Positions 1 through 7,843 of a stretch of 60,271 bases of DNA are shown one piece after another. How positions within the stretch are numbered: the first letter of the stretch is position 1; the number at the start of each line of letters is the position of its first letter. Made by a program: the position numbers and the translations under genes. A model generated the notes under the pieces. It saw only the letters and a program-made list of their open reading frames with translations. It had not been told where the DNA came from and did not search any database. The stretch is from a virus. Location: the IMG/VR virus record IMGVR_UViG_3300044825_000512, positions 1-60,271 of that record, one strand, 5' to 3'.

Positions 1-127
1 CCAAGGTCGATATGAAGAAACGGGGTGTCGCTTCGCCTGACCGTGCTGAGGCAATACTCTTAGCCCTCTACGAAAACCGCTCCGTCATTCAAAGCATCGC
101 GCCAATCTCGATAGGACAATCAAACCC
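1..127. repeat. Direct terminal repeat identical to 60145..60271 (circular-assembly overlap or short DTR)
   Basis: The first 127 nt (ccaaggtcgatatgaag...caatcaaaccc) recur exactly as the last 127 nt of the window. Confidence 0.95.
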
Positions 128-146
128 ATGGAATATGAATCTGTAA
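1..146 (+). CDS. terL: 3-prime end of the terminase large subunit ORF (continuation of 58686..60271 across the circular junction)
   Basis: The frame of the 58686 ORF continues through the repeat. It reads ...SIGQSNPWNMNL and stops at TAA 144..146. Confidence 0.8.
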   Translation, partial: KVDMKKRGVASPDRAEAILLALYENRSVIQSIAPISIGQSNPWNMNL

Positions 147-520
147 AACGCTCCGACTGGGATTTAGATTTACGCTATGGGCAAGAGGGCGAAATCATTG
201 TCAATAATTTTCTAACATCTCCCATCGAGACTATCGAAGTCAAGCGCGATAGAAGGTGGAAGGAAACGGGAAACCTTTACATTGAAACCGAATGTTGGTC
301 AGATGCTTTGGGTTGTTGGTATGCCTCGGGTATTAGTTCAACCAAGGCGAGCCATTGGTCTTTTGTCCTTGAGGATTTAGTTTTAATTGTGCCAACTGAC
401 AACATCAGAAAAGCCCTAGGCATTTACGGATTGAAGAAAGAGATGAATCGCCCTGAGTATTCAACTAAGGGTTATTTGATAACAGTTGATAACTTATTGC
501 GGATTACTTGGGGTCATTAG
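128..520 (+). CDS. Hypothetical protein, possible PD-(D/E)XK-type nuclease fold
   Basis: 130-aa ORF. GQEGE...IEVKRD...NLYIETE resembles an E-x-K nuclease core, a weak by-eye call. The start overlaps the terL 3-prime end. Confidence 0.6.
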   Translation: MEYESVKRSDWDLDLRYGQEGEIIVNNFLTSPIETIEVKRDRRWKETGNLYIETECWSDALGCWYASGISSTKASHWSFVLEDLVLIVPTDNIRKALGIYGLKKEMNRPEYSTKGYLITVDNLLRITWGH

Positions 521-709
521 AAAGTCGAGTAGTTGTTCGACAATCAAGACATCCCGAGTAACTCCATCTTGAGTCATTGGGTGAGAGTAATCTCCAGCAA
601 AGGCTTGAATCTCTCGGACAATCAAAGAGCGAGCGATTAGGCGCTCGCGCTCCATAATCTTTTCTAGGAGAGCCTTGAGTTCATCCTCGAGCATCTTCAT
701 CCTCGTCAA
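494..709 (-). CDS. Hypothetical protein
   Basis: 71-aa ORF at the distal end of the leftward block. The start is probably ATG at 700 or 694 rather than TTG at 709. It converges on 128..520. Confidence 0.5.
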   Translation of the reverse strand: MTRMKMLEDELKALLEKIMERERLIARSLIVREIQAFAGDYSHPMTQDGVTRDVLIVEQLLDFLMTPSNPQ

Positions 710-803
710 AGTTCCAATCTAGTTCAATCCATCGTGATTCACGAAGCGCCTTGATTGATACGGCGAGCGCAACAATGCTAATAAGCAGGGCGAAGATTTC
801 CAT
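681..803 (-). CDS. Small membrane protein (below ORF-track cutoff)
   Basis: Hand-translated 40-aa ORF, MEIFALLISIVALAVSIKALRESRW..., with an N-terminal TM helix and AGGA about 6 nt upstream. Confidence 0.35.
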   Translation of the reverse strand: MEIFALLISIVALAVSIKALRESRWIELDWNFDEDEDARG

Positions 804-859
804 TGTTTATCCTAACTCTTGATAGACGGAGCCTACCTCGCTTGCGATAGATAAACCAT

Positions 860-1228
860 TTACGCATCGGCGCGTTCCGCATATTTCTCAAGGCATTTAT
901 TTCTCCACCAAGCACCCGTTGGTGTTTTGGCTGGAGTCAATACTTTGATGAAAGATTGAGGAGCCTCGTAGAAGAATGGCTCTTCATCTTCTCCCATGAC
1001 CTTGATTGCGACTTGCCCATTCTTACGCTTGGTCAAAAAGACACACGCAAAGACTGAGTTGTTTTCCAATCGGCGAAGGGCGACATAGAAAGCCTTTTGA
1101 CCTCCGACATTTTTACCTTCGAAGATTCTGACGGCTTCATAGATTCCGTCATAAGTTCTGCGAATGTAATGCTCGATGAATTTCTTGGTGGTGATATTGG
1201 CACCGACCTGAGTTACATCCCATCCCAT
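860..1228 (-). CDS. Hypothetical protein
   Basis: 122-aa ORF. It abuts the stop of 1229..1717 (TAAATG), which suggests an operon. Confidence 0.7.
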   Translation of the reverse strand: MGWDVTQVGANITTKKFIEHYIRRTYDGIYEAVRIFEGKNVGGQKAFYVALRRLENNSVFACVFLTKRKNGQVAIKVMGEDEEPFFYEAPQSFIKVLTPAKTPTGAWWRNKCLEKYAERADA

Positions 1229-1717
1229 TTATGCCACCGCCTTTTCTTGAATCGCCTGAGTAACAGCCTGTAAAACTTCGATTGGTAACTGTCCGACTGT
1301 TTCATAAGTCCCGACATATTTACCGCTGATTTGTTCAATCGCCTCTTGAAATTCTTTCAAGGCTGGTAAATAAACTTCCTGATGGAACTTTTGTCTTTCA
1401 GCCTGAGCGACTTTTGCCTTAGCCTGAGTAATTTCCCATTGAGCCTTGTATTCAACAAGACCAACTTCATATTCAGCCCATGGAATCCACAACTGGCTCA
1501 ACTGAAGAACTTTTTGAACTTTACCGCCGTAGCCTTGAACTTCGACAAGAACGCCATTGCCTTTCTGAGTTTGATAGTTTCTGCTAAAACCTTTTTCGTA
1601 AGGTTCAACAGCGACGATAGTTGCTTTGTAGTGGTTACCCCACGCTGTATATTCATGCTGTCTCTTGTTGCTGTAAGCCCATTCTTGACCCACCGCTAAC
1701 TGACTTCTTTTAGCCAT
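1229..1717 (-). CDS. Hypothetical protein
   Basis: 162-aa ORF with a GAGAGGAG Shine-Dalgarno and the conserved promoter motif upstream. Confidence 0.8.
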   Translation of the reverse strand: MAKRSQLAVGQEWAYSNKRQHEYTAWGNHYKATIVAVEPYEKGFSRNYQTQKGNGVLVEVQGYGGKVQKVLQLSQLWIPWAEYEVGLVEYKAQWEITQAKAKVAQAERQKFHQEVYLPALKEFQEAIEQISGKYVGTYETVGQLPIEVLQAVTQAIQEKAVA

Positions 1718-1743
1718 TTCGTTCTCCTCTCTAAGAACAGGTT

Positions 1744-1768
1744 CAGTATATCAAATCGGGGTTGGTTA
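1744..1768 (-). promoter_or_regulatory. Conserved phage promoter/operator motif (AACC..CCCGATTTGATATACTG)
   Basis: The minus strand reads taaccaaccccgatttgaTATACTg with TGn-extended -10 geometry. A GAGAGGAG leader and the ATG at 1717 follow. Confidence 0.6.
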
Positions 1769-1774
1769 TTCAAC

Positions 1775-2200
1775 TCAAGCGGCGAGTGTCTCCTTGTAAG
1801 AGACCCCGCGCTCGATGATGCCTAGGCGCTTGAGTGAATCGTTTTGCCAATCCACTTGATAAGCGACCCAACTAGACCCCGCGTATCCAAACTTCTCGTT
1901 GGATTCGAGCAGGTAAGCGAACTCAGCGCCCGACTTAGGAGCCTGAGCGAACTCAGCGAATGAGCCGTACTTGACCGATTCTTGACCTGATTCGCCTCGA
2001 GCCTGATAGGTGTCTACCTTGGTTGGCTTGGCGTGAAGGCTTGAGCGATTGCCGAACTTGAGCAACTTGCGAGTTTCCTTCTCACCATAGAACAGGGTTA
2101 GAACAGTTCCGACATAAGTTGGATAACCGTCCCAATGATTGTAAATCGTTTCGATTGAGCCGTCTTTATTCTTGATTCCGATTAGTGAGCGTGTAGCCAT
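1775..2200 (-). CDS. Hypothetical protein
   Basis: 141-aa ORF, MATRSLIGIKNKDGSIETIYNHWDGYP.... TAATG-coupled to the upstream small ORF. Confidence 0.75.
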   Translation of the reverse strand: MATRSLIGIKNKDGSIETIYNHWDGYPTYVGTVLTLFYGEKETRKLLKFGNRSSLHAKPTKVDTYQARGESGQESVKYGSFAEFAQAPKSGAEFAYLLESNEKFGYAGSSWVAYQVDWQNDSLKRLGIIERGVSYKETLAA

Positions 2201-2298
2201 TATTTTGTGCCTCCCTCTTTGAGTTTCTCGATGATGGCTTCCTTGATTTTGTCGGTGTCCTCTTTTGAGACCCCGATTCCTATGACTTCGATATTCAT
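2200..2298 (-). CDS. Small hypothetical protein (below ORF-track cutoff)
   Basis: Hand-translated 32-aa ORF, MNIEVIGIGVSKEDTDKIKEAIIEKLKEGGTK. ATGA overlap with 2295..2528 and TAATG overlap with 1775..2200. Confidence 0.5.
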   Translation of the reverse strand: MNIEVIGIGVSKEDTDKIKEAIIEKLKEGGTK

Positions 2299-2528
2299 GC
2301 GATTACCACACATTCAGGATTCTGAAGGATGATGTCTCGAACGAACTCTCTATCGACGCTATCGCCTCCGCCGTAAGTAGTAGCGGTGCTGATATAAGTT
2401 TTGATTGCGTTAGTGATGACCTCGACTGTTGCTCCCTTGATTGGGAACACGCCAGTCACGGGATTGTAGAAACTATCTACATATTCAACGAAATCAAGAA
2501 TCTCGTTATTTTCAATCTGAACTGTCAT
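2295..2528 (-). CDS. Hypothetical protein
   Basis: The internal ATG at 2528 (MTVQIENNEILDF...) is preceded by GAGAGGAGGACGG. The longer track ORF to 2621 would run through the promoter motif. Confidence 0.7.
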   Translation of the reverse strand: MTVQIENNEILDFVEYVDSFYNPVTGVFPIKGATVEVITNAIKTYISTATTYGGGDSVDREFVRDIILQNPECVVIA

Positions 2529-2552
2529 TTCCGTCCTCCTCTCGGACAACAC

Positions 2553-2575
2553 CAGTATAACACAACGGGGGTTAG
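2553..2575 (-). promoter_or_regulatory. Conserved phage promoter/operator motif
   Basis: The minus strand reads CTAACCCCCGTTGTGTTATACTG, about 25 nt upstream of the ATG at 2528. Confidence 0.6.
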
Positions 2576-2656
2576 AAATCATCCCAATACACAAATAATT
2601 TTGTACGCACAATGTACGCACAATTCGAACATCTGTTCGGCTGATACCCTTAGCCC

Positions 2657-3085
2657 ATGACCCTTACGCCAGCAGTCTCCAAACTTTTGAAGGCTTCATG
2701 CCCAACCGCGACTCAGGATGTAAGGGCTAACCTTGAGAACCGCGCAATAGCGATTAGAGACGCGAAATACGGTCCTCTCAACCCTCAAGAGCCGAACGAT
2801 GCCTACTGGTCTGAAATCGCCTCTGAGTGGGGTGTAAGCCCTGAAGAAGCCAAGAAGCAACGGTGTGGCAACTGCGCGGCGTTTATCCAAACCTCCGAGA
2901 TGCTCCAATGTATCGAGGGCGGACTCGCCCAAGGCGATAACCGCCAAACCGCTTGGGATGTAACCGAGGCAGGGGAACTTGGATATTGCGAGGCTTTCGA
3001 TTTCAAATGTGCCAGCGCTCGCACCTGTCGGGCTTGGATTGTGGGTGGTCCCGTTACAGATAGAAACCGAGGACGCCTTGAGTAG
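2657..3085 (+). CDS. Cysteine-rich hypothetical protein
   Basis: 142-aa ORF with RCGNCAAF...GYCEAFDFKCASARTCRAW. It reads as a genuine Cys-cluster domain, unlike the antisense ORF 2696..3187. Confidence 0.65.
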   Translation: MTLTPAVSKLLKASCPTATQDVRANLENRAIAIRDAKYGPLNPQEPNDAYWSEIASEWGVSPEEAKKQRCGNCAAFIQTSEMLQCIEGGLAQGDNRQTAWDVTEAGELGYCEAFDFKCASARTCRAWIVGGPVTDRNRGRLE

Positions 3086-3218
3086 CGGAAAGTACAAAAC
3101 CAAACACCCGTTCAACCCAATCCAAATCAAAGATGGCTTCATTGTTCGTCTAAGTAAGGATGGTCGTATCAAAGAAAAGATAGACACCTACCCACCAACG
3201 AACAAGAAGGAAAAATGA
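3078..3218 (+). CDS. Small hypothetical protein (TTG start)
   Basis: TTG at 3078 follows GAGGA. Product is SSGKYKTKHPFNPIQIKDGFIVRLSKDGRIKEKIDTYPPTNKKEK. The stop forms an ATGA overlap with 3215. Confidence 0.4.
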   Translation: MSSGKYKTKHPFNPIQIKDGFIVRLSKDGRIKEKIDTYPPTNKKEK

Positions 3219-3718
3219 GTATCTATGTAACTTCGCCTCGCCCGTACTATGGAGCATTTCAAGATTCGACAACACAAACAATCGCAAGCACAACAACGGC
3301 TTATCCAGTCAAATTCAATACAACAGATTACGCAAACAAGGTCAGCGTCGTAAGTGATGGAACGAATCCAACTAGAGTCACGGTAGAAAATCGCGGTATT
3401 TACAACATTCAATTTAGTTTCCAGTTGGCTAATGCTTCAGCAAGCACCGAGAATGATGTTGATATTTGGCTTCGAATTGATGGGGTCGATGTGGCTGGTT
3501 CAAACGGACAGGTTTCAATAGTGCCAAGCCACGGAGGAACTTCAGGAAAATTGTTACCTAGTTGGAATTATATTCTTGAACTTATGGCAGGTCAGTATTT
3601 TCAACTTATGTGGAGAGCAACTAGTACGGATGTCACCATGCCATTTATTGCGTCTCAAATCAATCCAGTTCGACCAACAACACCAAGCGCTATCGTGACA
3701 GTTACTCAGGTGAGTTAG
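3215..3718 (+). CDS. C1q/TNF-like (BclA C-terminal-domain-like) jelly-roll protein
   Basis: 167 aa. The pattern TTQTIAS...VKFNT...RGIYNIQFSFQL...WLRIDGVDVAGS...LMAGQYFQLMW matches the C1q-like beta-sandwich signature by eye. Confidence 0.6.
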   Translation: MSIYVTSPRPYYGAFQDSTTQTIASTTTAYPVKFNTTDYANKVSVVSDGTNPTRVTVENRGIYNIQFSFQLANASASTENDVDIWLRIDGVDVAGSNGQVSIVPSHGGTSGKLLPSWNYILELMAGQYFQLMWRATSTDVTMPFIASQINPVRPTTPSAIVTVTQVS

Positions 3719-3927
3719 TGGTGACCGAGATGATTGAAACGCCTTTCGAGGTTTTCGAAAGTTGTGATAGATGCGGAGCGAGGGCAAAGGTCGGAGCCAC
3801 TTTTCTCAACGGCGAACTATACTTTTGTGGGCATCACGCAAAGACTTTACAACCTCACTTGATTGCGAAGGCGATAACTATTTATGACCCCGAACGATAT
3901 ATGGAAAAACAGGAACCACTCGGCTGA
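3718..3927 (+). CDS. Zinc-ribbon protein (CDRCGARA...FCGHH)
   Basis: 69 aa with a GTG start overlapping the previous stop (TAGTG). As I recall, this Cys/His pattern is typical of a small actinobacterial/actinophage family. Confidence 0.65.
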   Translation: MVTEMIETPFEVFESCDRCGARAKVGATFLNGELYFCGHHAKTLQPHLIAKAITIYDPERYMEKQEPLG

Positions 3928-3994
3928 TTGTTACCGAGTAATTCCTGTTCCCGATAGAACTTACTTTGAGTCCCGCGTAATCTGCGTATGCGGA

Positions 3995-4177
3995 TTAGAT
4001 GGATTCAATTATGGTGCTAATTACAGAACTAATGACAATCAAGATAAAACTACCCAACAAGGTGATGCCCCATAAGTAGCGCAGTTCAGGGAACTTTGCT
4101 GGTGGACGCTTTGCCTTGATGCGTGGCTTATTGATTATCTGACTGAACTTTTGGTCAATGACCTCTTGGTTTTCCAT
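3995..4177 (-). CDS. Small C-tail-anchored membrane protein
   Basis: 60 aa with a C-terminal hydrophobic stretch, WGITLLGSFILIVISSVISTII. GAGAGGAAAC SD and promoter motif upstream. Confidence 0.7.
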   Translation of the reverse strand: MENQEVIDQKFSQIINKPRIKAKRPPAKFPELRYLWGITLLGSFILIVISSVISTIIESI

Positions 4178-4196
4178 AGTTTCCTCTCTAGTTGTA

Positions 4197-4220
4197 CAGA
4201 ATATACAACACGGGTAGGAT
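4197..4220 (-). promoter_or_regulatory. Conserved phage promoter/operator motif (variant)
   Basis: The minus strand reads CCTACCCGTGTTGTATATTCTG, immediately after the stop of 4222..4788. Confidence 0.5.
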
Positions 4221-4221
4221 A

Positions 4222-4788
4222 CTACTTATTCCTTGATGTCGCAACCTTCTTCTTGGATTGTTCTAAAAACATAAATGGCGCAGATGTATAGGCGTCATAC
4301 TTCGAAGCAATCTTGAGAGCCTCTTCAACAGTTGCTCCTTGAGCGAGCGCTCCAATCGCATAACTAGAACCCGAGCCAACGCCATAGAATCCTTTTGAAT
4401 CAAGAGCGATAGACATATCATCGGCGAGTTCAAAGACGGTGCCACCGATAGCGATAAGAAAAGCGAATTTAGTTTCGCCATCATCATCGGCTTCATTCCA
4501 CTTGTATTCGTTATCCTTGAAACATTGTTTCAAAGATGGAACAACTCGAGCAATCATGAAATGGTACAAATCATCTAATTCAGCATTGCTTGGTTTTGGT
4601 GGCATCCAAATGTGTTGAGCAATATCGCAAGGCGCACATTCGCCACTTCCAGCAATTATGAATTCCCCGCGCTTTGAAATCTTGACCATCTGCGGATGAT
4701 TAGCAACACGACCACTTCCAGCCGTCACTTGAGAATCAGCACCGAATAAAACCTTGTCCCGATACTGGACGGCTACGATTGTGGTCAT
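4222..4788 (-). CDS. Proteasome beta-subunit / HslV-like Ntn-hydrolase peptidase
   Basis: 188 aa. N-terminus MTTIVAV (Thr nucleophile after Met removal, as in HslV MTTIVSV), GADSQVT, conserved Lys in MVKISKRG, and YGVGSGSSYAIGAL. Confidence 0.8.
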   Translation of the reverse strand: MTTIVAVQYRDKVLFGADSQVTAGSGRVANHPQMVKISKRGEFIIAGSGECAPCDIAQHIWMPPKPSNAELDDLYHFMIARVVPSLKQCFKDNEYKWNEADDDGETKFAFLIAIGGTVFELADDMSIALDSKGFYGVGSGSSYAIGALAQGATVEEALKIASKYDAYTSAPFMFLEQSKKKVATSRNK

Positions 4789-4804
4789 GCCCTAATCGTA
4801 ACTC

Positions 4805-5728
4805 CTAGGGTTTCACAACCTCGGTAGGAAGCGCCATAAGTCCGAATGAGGCGTTCTTCCACACCTCGGGAGTTCCCGTATCAGGCAAGTAACCGCCAGC
4901 CCCGCCAAGCAGAATTGGCATATTTGGGAATTGCTCACGGATAAGGCGCATTGAGTTGAAATATCCCTCGGGCGTGTACTTGAGATTCGATAGCGGGTCA
5001 TCGGCTAAACCGTCAGCACCGCAAGCAACGAAAATCATTGTTGGATTGAATTCTTCACACGCTGTAAGGAATCCCTCGGTTGCGCTAATCAAAGCATCGT
5101 CACCTGACCCTGAAGCAAGCGGGAAGTTATAGGCGCGATTATTCCAATCGCTGAGTAAACCCGTGCCTGGGAAAATCCCGTACTCATGAACTGAGTAAGT
5201 CAGAACATTCTTGTTACGGCGCAAGAGCATTTCGGTACCGTCACCATGGTGAGCATCGCAATCGAAGATAGCAACACGGTGTTCATATTCGTTGGTTGCT
5301 TTAGTTGCGGCGATAGCAAAGTCAGCGAAGATACAGAATCCGCTTGAGTAGTCACGCATCGCGTGATGCTTGGCTCCAGCAAAGTTGATGGCAAGCAAAG
5401 TTTTCTTGTCAATCAAAGTATCGAGCGCAGTCAAAGTACCGCTCACAAACAACTTGGCTAGTTCGCCTAGGTCGTGGCGTTGTCCGCTCCACTCAGTAGA
5501 TTCGCCTCGTACAGTCACATCGAATACATACGACATATCGTGAACAAGATGAAGGTCATCGGTAGAGCAATGCTCAGGTTCTATCTCCCAAACATTGAGT
5601 CGGCGCTTTTGCGCTTCAAGGACTAATTGATTGCGAGCATGAAGAAACCTGCGCCCTTGAGTTGGATGCGTTTTGTCAAAAACCCAATTCGCATACTCAG
5701 GCGAATGAACCAGTATTGCGTGTTCCAT
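4805..5728 (-). CDS. Histone-deacetylase (HDAC/AcuC/acetylpolyamine amidohydrolase) family deacetylase
   Basis: 307 aa with all family motifs: GAKHHA, FDCDAHHGDGT, ACGADGLADDPL and GGAGGY (catalytic Tyr). Confidence 0.85.
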   Translation of the reverse strand: MEHAILVHSPEYANWVFDKTHPTQGRRFLHARNQLVLEAQKRRLNVWEIEPEHCSTDDLHLVHDMSYVFDVTVRGESTEWSGQRHDLGELAKLFVSGTLTALDTLIDKKTLLAINFAGAKHHAMRDYSSGFCIFADFAIAATKATNEYEHRVAIFDCDAHHGDGTEMLLRRNKNVLTYSVHEYGIFPGTGLLSDWNNRAYNFPLASGSGDDALISATEGFLTACEEFNPTMIFVACGADGLADDPLSNLKYTPEGYFNSMRLIREQFPNMPILLGGAGGYLPDTGTPEVWKNASFGLMALPTEVVKP

Positions 5729-5747
5729 GTATTTCTCCTCTCTCTCT

Positions 5748-5778
5748 AATATAAACCTAAGTTTATACTAATTATCAA
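5748..5778 (-). promoter_or_regulatory. AT-rich sigma70-like promoter for the deacetylase/peptidase pair
   Basis: The minus strand reads TTGATA-N17-TTTATA(TT), followed by the GAGAGAGGAG SD and the ATG at 5728. Confidence 0.35.
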
Positions 5779-5779
5779 T

Positions 5780-6040
5780 TTATCTCAAATCGCACTTTGG
5801 ACATTTGAGTGTGTAGTTCTCCTGAATCAATTCAGTCTTACATTCACCACAGAAAAGATTCGTGTGTTTTGTTTTGCTCACTCGAGTTTCCTCCCAAGCA
5901 TCCTCGGCAGACCATAGCGGTTGATATTTTGCGTCGGCTTTATCTTTTGCCTCTTGCTCATCCTCAGCATAGATTCGAACCGTTTTCTCCGCCACAATCT
6001 GAACGGTAAACCATTTTTTGCGTGGAGTCACGATAGCCAC
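5780..6040 (-). CDS. Hypothetical protein with C-terminal zinc ribbon
   Basis: 86 aa, CGECK...CPKC. GTG start at 6040, or GTG at 6031 with better AAGGAG spacing. Confidence 0.65.
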   Translation of the reverse strand: MAIVTPRKKWFTVQIVAEKTVRIYAEDEQEAKDKADAKYQPLWSAEDAWEETRVSKTKHTNLFCGECKTELIQENYTLKCPKCDLR

Positions 6041-6609
6041 TCCTTGAGTGTTGATTGCGGATAACCAATCTCATGTAGCCATGCGATGACTCGAGATTCG
6101 TAGTGTTCAGTCGTAAAGACATCTACGCTTTGTGAAAAGACATTGGATGTCTGCTCAGTCAAAACATAGAACGGATACGGTGTTGGAAAACTACCATCGG
6201 CAATCTCGTTCAAGAATCCATTGAACTTGGCTTTGCGCTGTGTTGTCTCATCAGCCCATCCAGTTGTCCAGCCTTGAGCGATAACCTTGACATTCTTGAA
6301 ATTATCGATTGTTGAGCCATGCCCACGCCAGCCGTCAGTCTGAACCCACTTGCGTACATCGACTCCATCTCCACATAAATCTTTGAAGAAGTCAGGAATC
6401 TCTAGGTCGTCGTCATAGATGACATAGTTACCGATTCGGCATGAATTGATTTCGCCACCGTGAACCAGTACGAGACTTGATGCGCTTTGTAAATCATCTT
6501 CTTGGCATCCGTAGCAAAGTACGCCATCTTTTACATTTGAGTAAGTATGGTCGCCATCTTCAAAGACATCTTCACAACTAACGCACTTTTGTTTTGTATC
6601 AGTTGTCAT
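6028..6609 (-). CDS. Hypothetical protein with N-terminal CxxC...CxxC
   Basis: 193-aa ORF, translationally coupled with its neighbours. Confidence 0.75.
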   Translation of the reverse strand: MTTDTKQKCVSCEDVFEDGDHTYSNVKDGVLCYGCQEDDLQSASSLVLVHGGEINSCRIGNYVIYDDDLEIPDFFKDLCGDGVDVRKWVQTDGWRGHGSTIDNFKNVKVIAQGWTTGWADETTQRKAKFNGFLNEIADGSFPTPYPFYVLTEQTSNVFSQSVDVFTTEHYESRVIAWLHEIGYPQSTLKEWLS

Positions 6610-6815
6610 TTCTCCCCCTTAGTAATTACGCCAGCCTCAAGAAGAGCCTCGGCAGTTCGTCCGTATGTACCTTGTAAAGACCAAGCCAAACCAGTATCTA
6701 CAAGATATTGGAATAACTCAATCACCTGTTCCTCTGTTGCCTCGCCAGTTTCGAATTCGATGATTCGAGTTGTGAGGTCAAACTTTCCCTCTGCGTTTAG
6801 TGTTGCTTCACTCAT
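6606..6815 (-). CDS. Hypothetical protein
   Basis: ATG at 6815 (MSEATLNAEGKFDL...) with GGAGAGGGAG SD. ATGA overlap with 6812..7150. The longer track ORF has an implausible Cys/Arg-rich N-terminus. Confidence 0.65.
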   Translation of the reverse strand: MSEATLNAEGKFDLTTRIIEFETGEATEEQVIELFQYLVDTGLAWSLQGTYGRTAEALLEAGVITKGEK

Positions 6816-7150
6816 GATTTCACTCCCTCTCCGAATGGAACATTGACATAGCAACTTGCTTTGTAAGCGACTTCGCCTACCTCTGTGAAGTAGACATCTT
6901 CGACAACGCCCTTGACCTTGACTACACCCTTGCGGACAAACTCGCGTCGCACAATCCATGTATCCATGAAGCCAAGAGTGATTGCTACTCGGTAGCCATG
7001 ACCGACAGGAAGTTGAACCTCGACAGTTTCGCCTTGGTCATTGACGACAGAATGAACGCGACCACCTGAGATGGCAAGAACATTCATCAAGCCGATTTGA
7101 TTGACGAGTTCTTTAGTATCGAAAACTCGCTGTTGATATTGATTCGTCAT
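6812..7150 (-). CDS. Hypothetical protein
   Basis: 112 aa. GAGAGGAGACAAA SD and promoter motif upstream. Confidence 0.75.
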   Translation of the reverse strand: MTNQYQQRVFDTKELVNQIGLMNVLAISGGRVHSVVNDQGETVEVQLPVGHGYRVAITLGFMDTWIVRREFVRKGVVKVKGVVEDVYFTEVGEVAYKASCYVNVPFGEGVKS

Positions 7151-7175
7151 TTTGTCTCCTCTCTAAGACAATCTG

Positions 7176-7197
7176 AGTATAACATAACTGGGGTTAG
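7176..7197 (-). promoter_or_regulatory. Conserved phage promoter/operator motif
   Basis: The minus strand reads CTAACCCCAGTTATGTTATACTC. The TAA inside the motif is the stop codon of 7194..7583. Confidence 0.65.
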
Positions 7198-7583
7198 GAA
7201 TTCACCTTTTCTTGAACCGAGAAAACCGCGCCTAAGCCGTATTCGCTCGGAAGGAACTTGATGTCAGCGTTTTCAGTCTTGACCCAACCGAAATCAGCGC
7301 AGGTGTAACTCTGACCGTCGATTTCGATTTCGTCGCCAACTGAAAGCGATGTGTGAGTTCTATCGGAAGCCAATCTTGGTTCGATGACTTTCCATAGATA
7401 GATTTCAAAAGCGTTAGCACCGAAGTCGGCTAGTTCGCTCTGAAGATTGGTTGCCTTGTAAATCGCATTGAGAAGAACCTCATGCGATGGGTTTGTGTCG
7501 TAGATGTCGAACTCAACGCTCGAAACATATCTACCACGCTCGATTTTATTACCGAACGCTTTCCAAGTGATTTTCACTTTCAT
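7194..7583 (-). CDS. Hypothetical protein
   Basis: 129-aa ORF with a 4-nt overlap with 7580..7795. Confidence 0.75.
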   Translation of the reverse strand: MKVKITWKAFGNKIERGRYVSSVEFDIYDTNPSHEVLLNAIYKATNLQSELADFGANAFEIYLWKVIEPRLASDRTHTSLSVGDEIEIDGQSYTCADFGWVKTENADIKFLPSEYGLGAVFSVQEKVNS

Positions 7584-7795
7584 TCTGATACCTCCTCATA
7601 AAGCCCGTGGCAAGGGCAGAGACAGCAATTTTTTTTAGCGAAATCGATGCCATGTCTATCCGCTAATTCTTGGGGAACAGACCAGCAAGAGTCATGTGAA
7701 TCCGCTTTACATTGCGGAGTAATTGATTTTGTTGGAACAAAACCTTTGTATTTGTAGACCTTACCCGTTACTGGGTCTTTGAGTCCCTTAGTCAT
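7580..7795 (-). CDS. Cysteine-rich hypothetical protein
   Basis: 71 aa (CCLCPCH). GAGAGGAGGACAAA SD and promoter motif upstream. Confidence 0.7.
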   Translation of the reverse strand: MTKGLKDPVTGKVYKYKGFVPTKSITPQCKADSHDSCWSVPQELADRHGIDFAKKNCCLCPCHGLYEEVSE

Positions 7796-7820
7796 TTTGT
7801 CCTCCTCTCAAGAACAATCT

Positions 7821-7843
7821 GAGTATATCACAACTAGGGTTAG
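7821..7843 (-). promoter_or_regulatory. Conserved phage promoter/operator motif
   Basis: The minus strand reads CTAACCCTAGTTGTGATATACTC, the same 21-mer as at 38827..38848. The TAA inside it is the stop of 7840..8160. Confidence 0.65.

Noticed and set aside
2696-3187. 163-aa minus-strand ORF overlapping 2657..3085
   Set aside because: Its translation lacks any recognisable feature. The plus-strand ORF encodes a coherent Cys-cluster domain and is followed by coupled plus-strand genes.
3086-3214. Apparent 129-nt gap after the Cys-rich gene, considered as a frameshifted continuation of 2657..3085
   Set aside because: An SD-supported TTG at 3078 and the ATGA overlap at 3215 make an independent small gene the simpler reading. 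A frameshift cannot be excluded without homologs.
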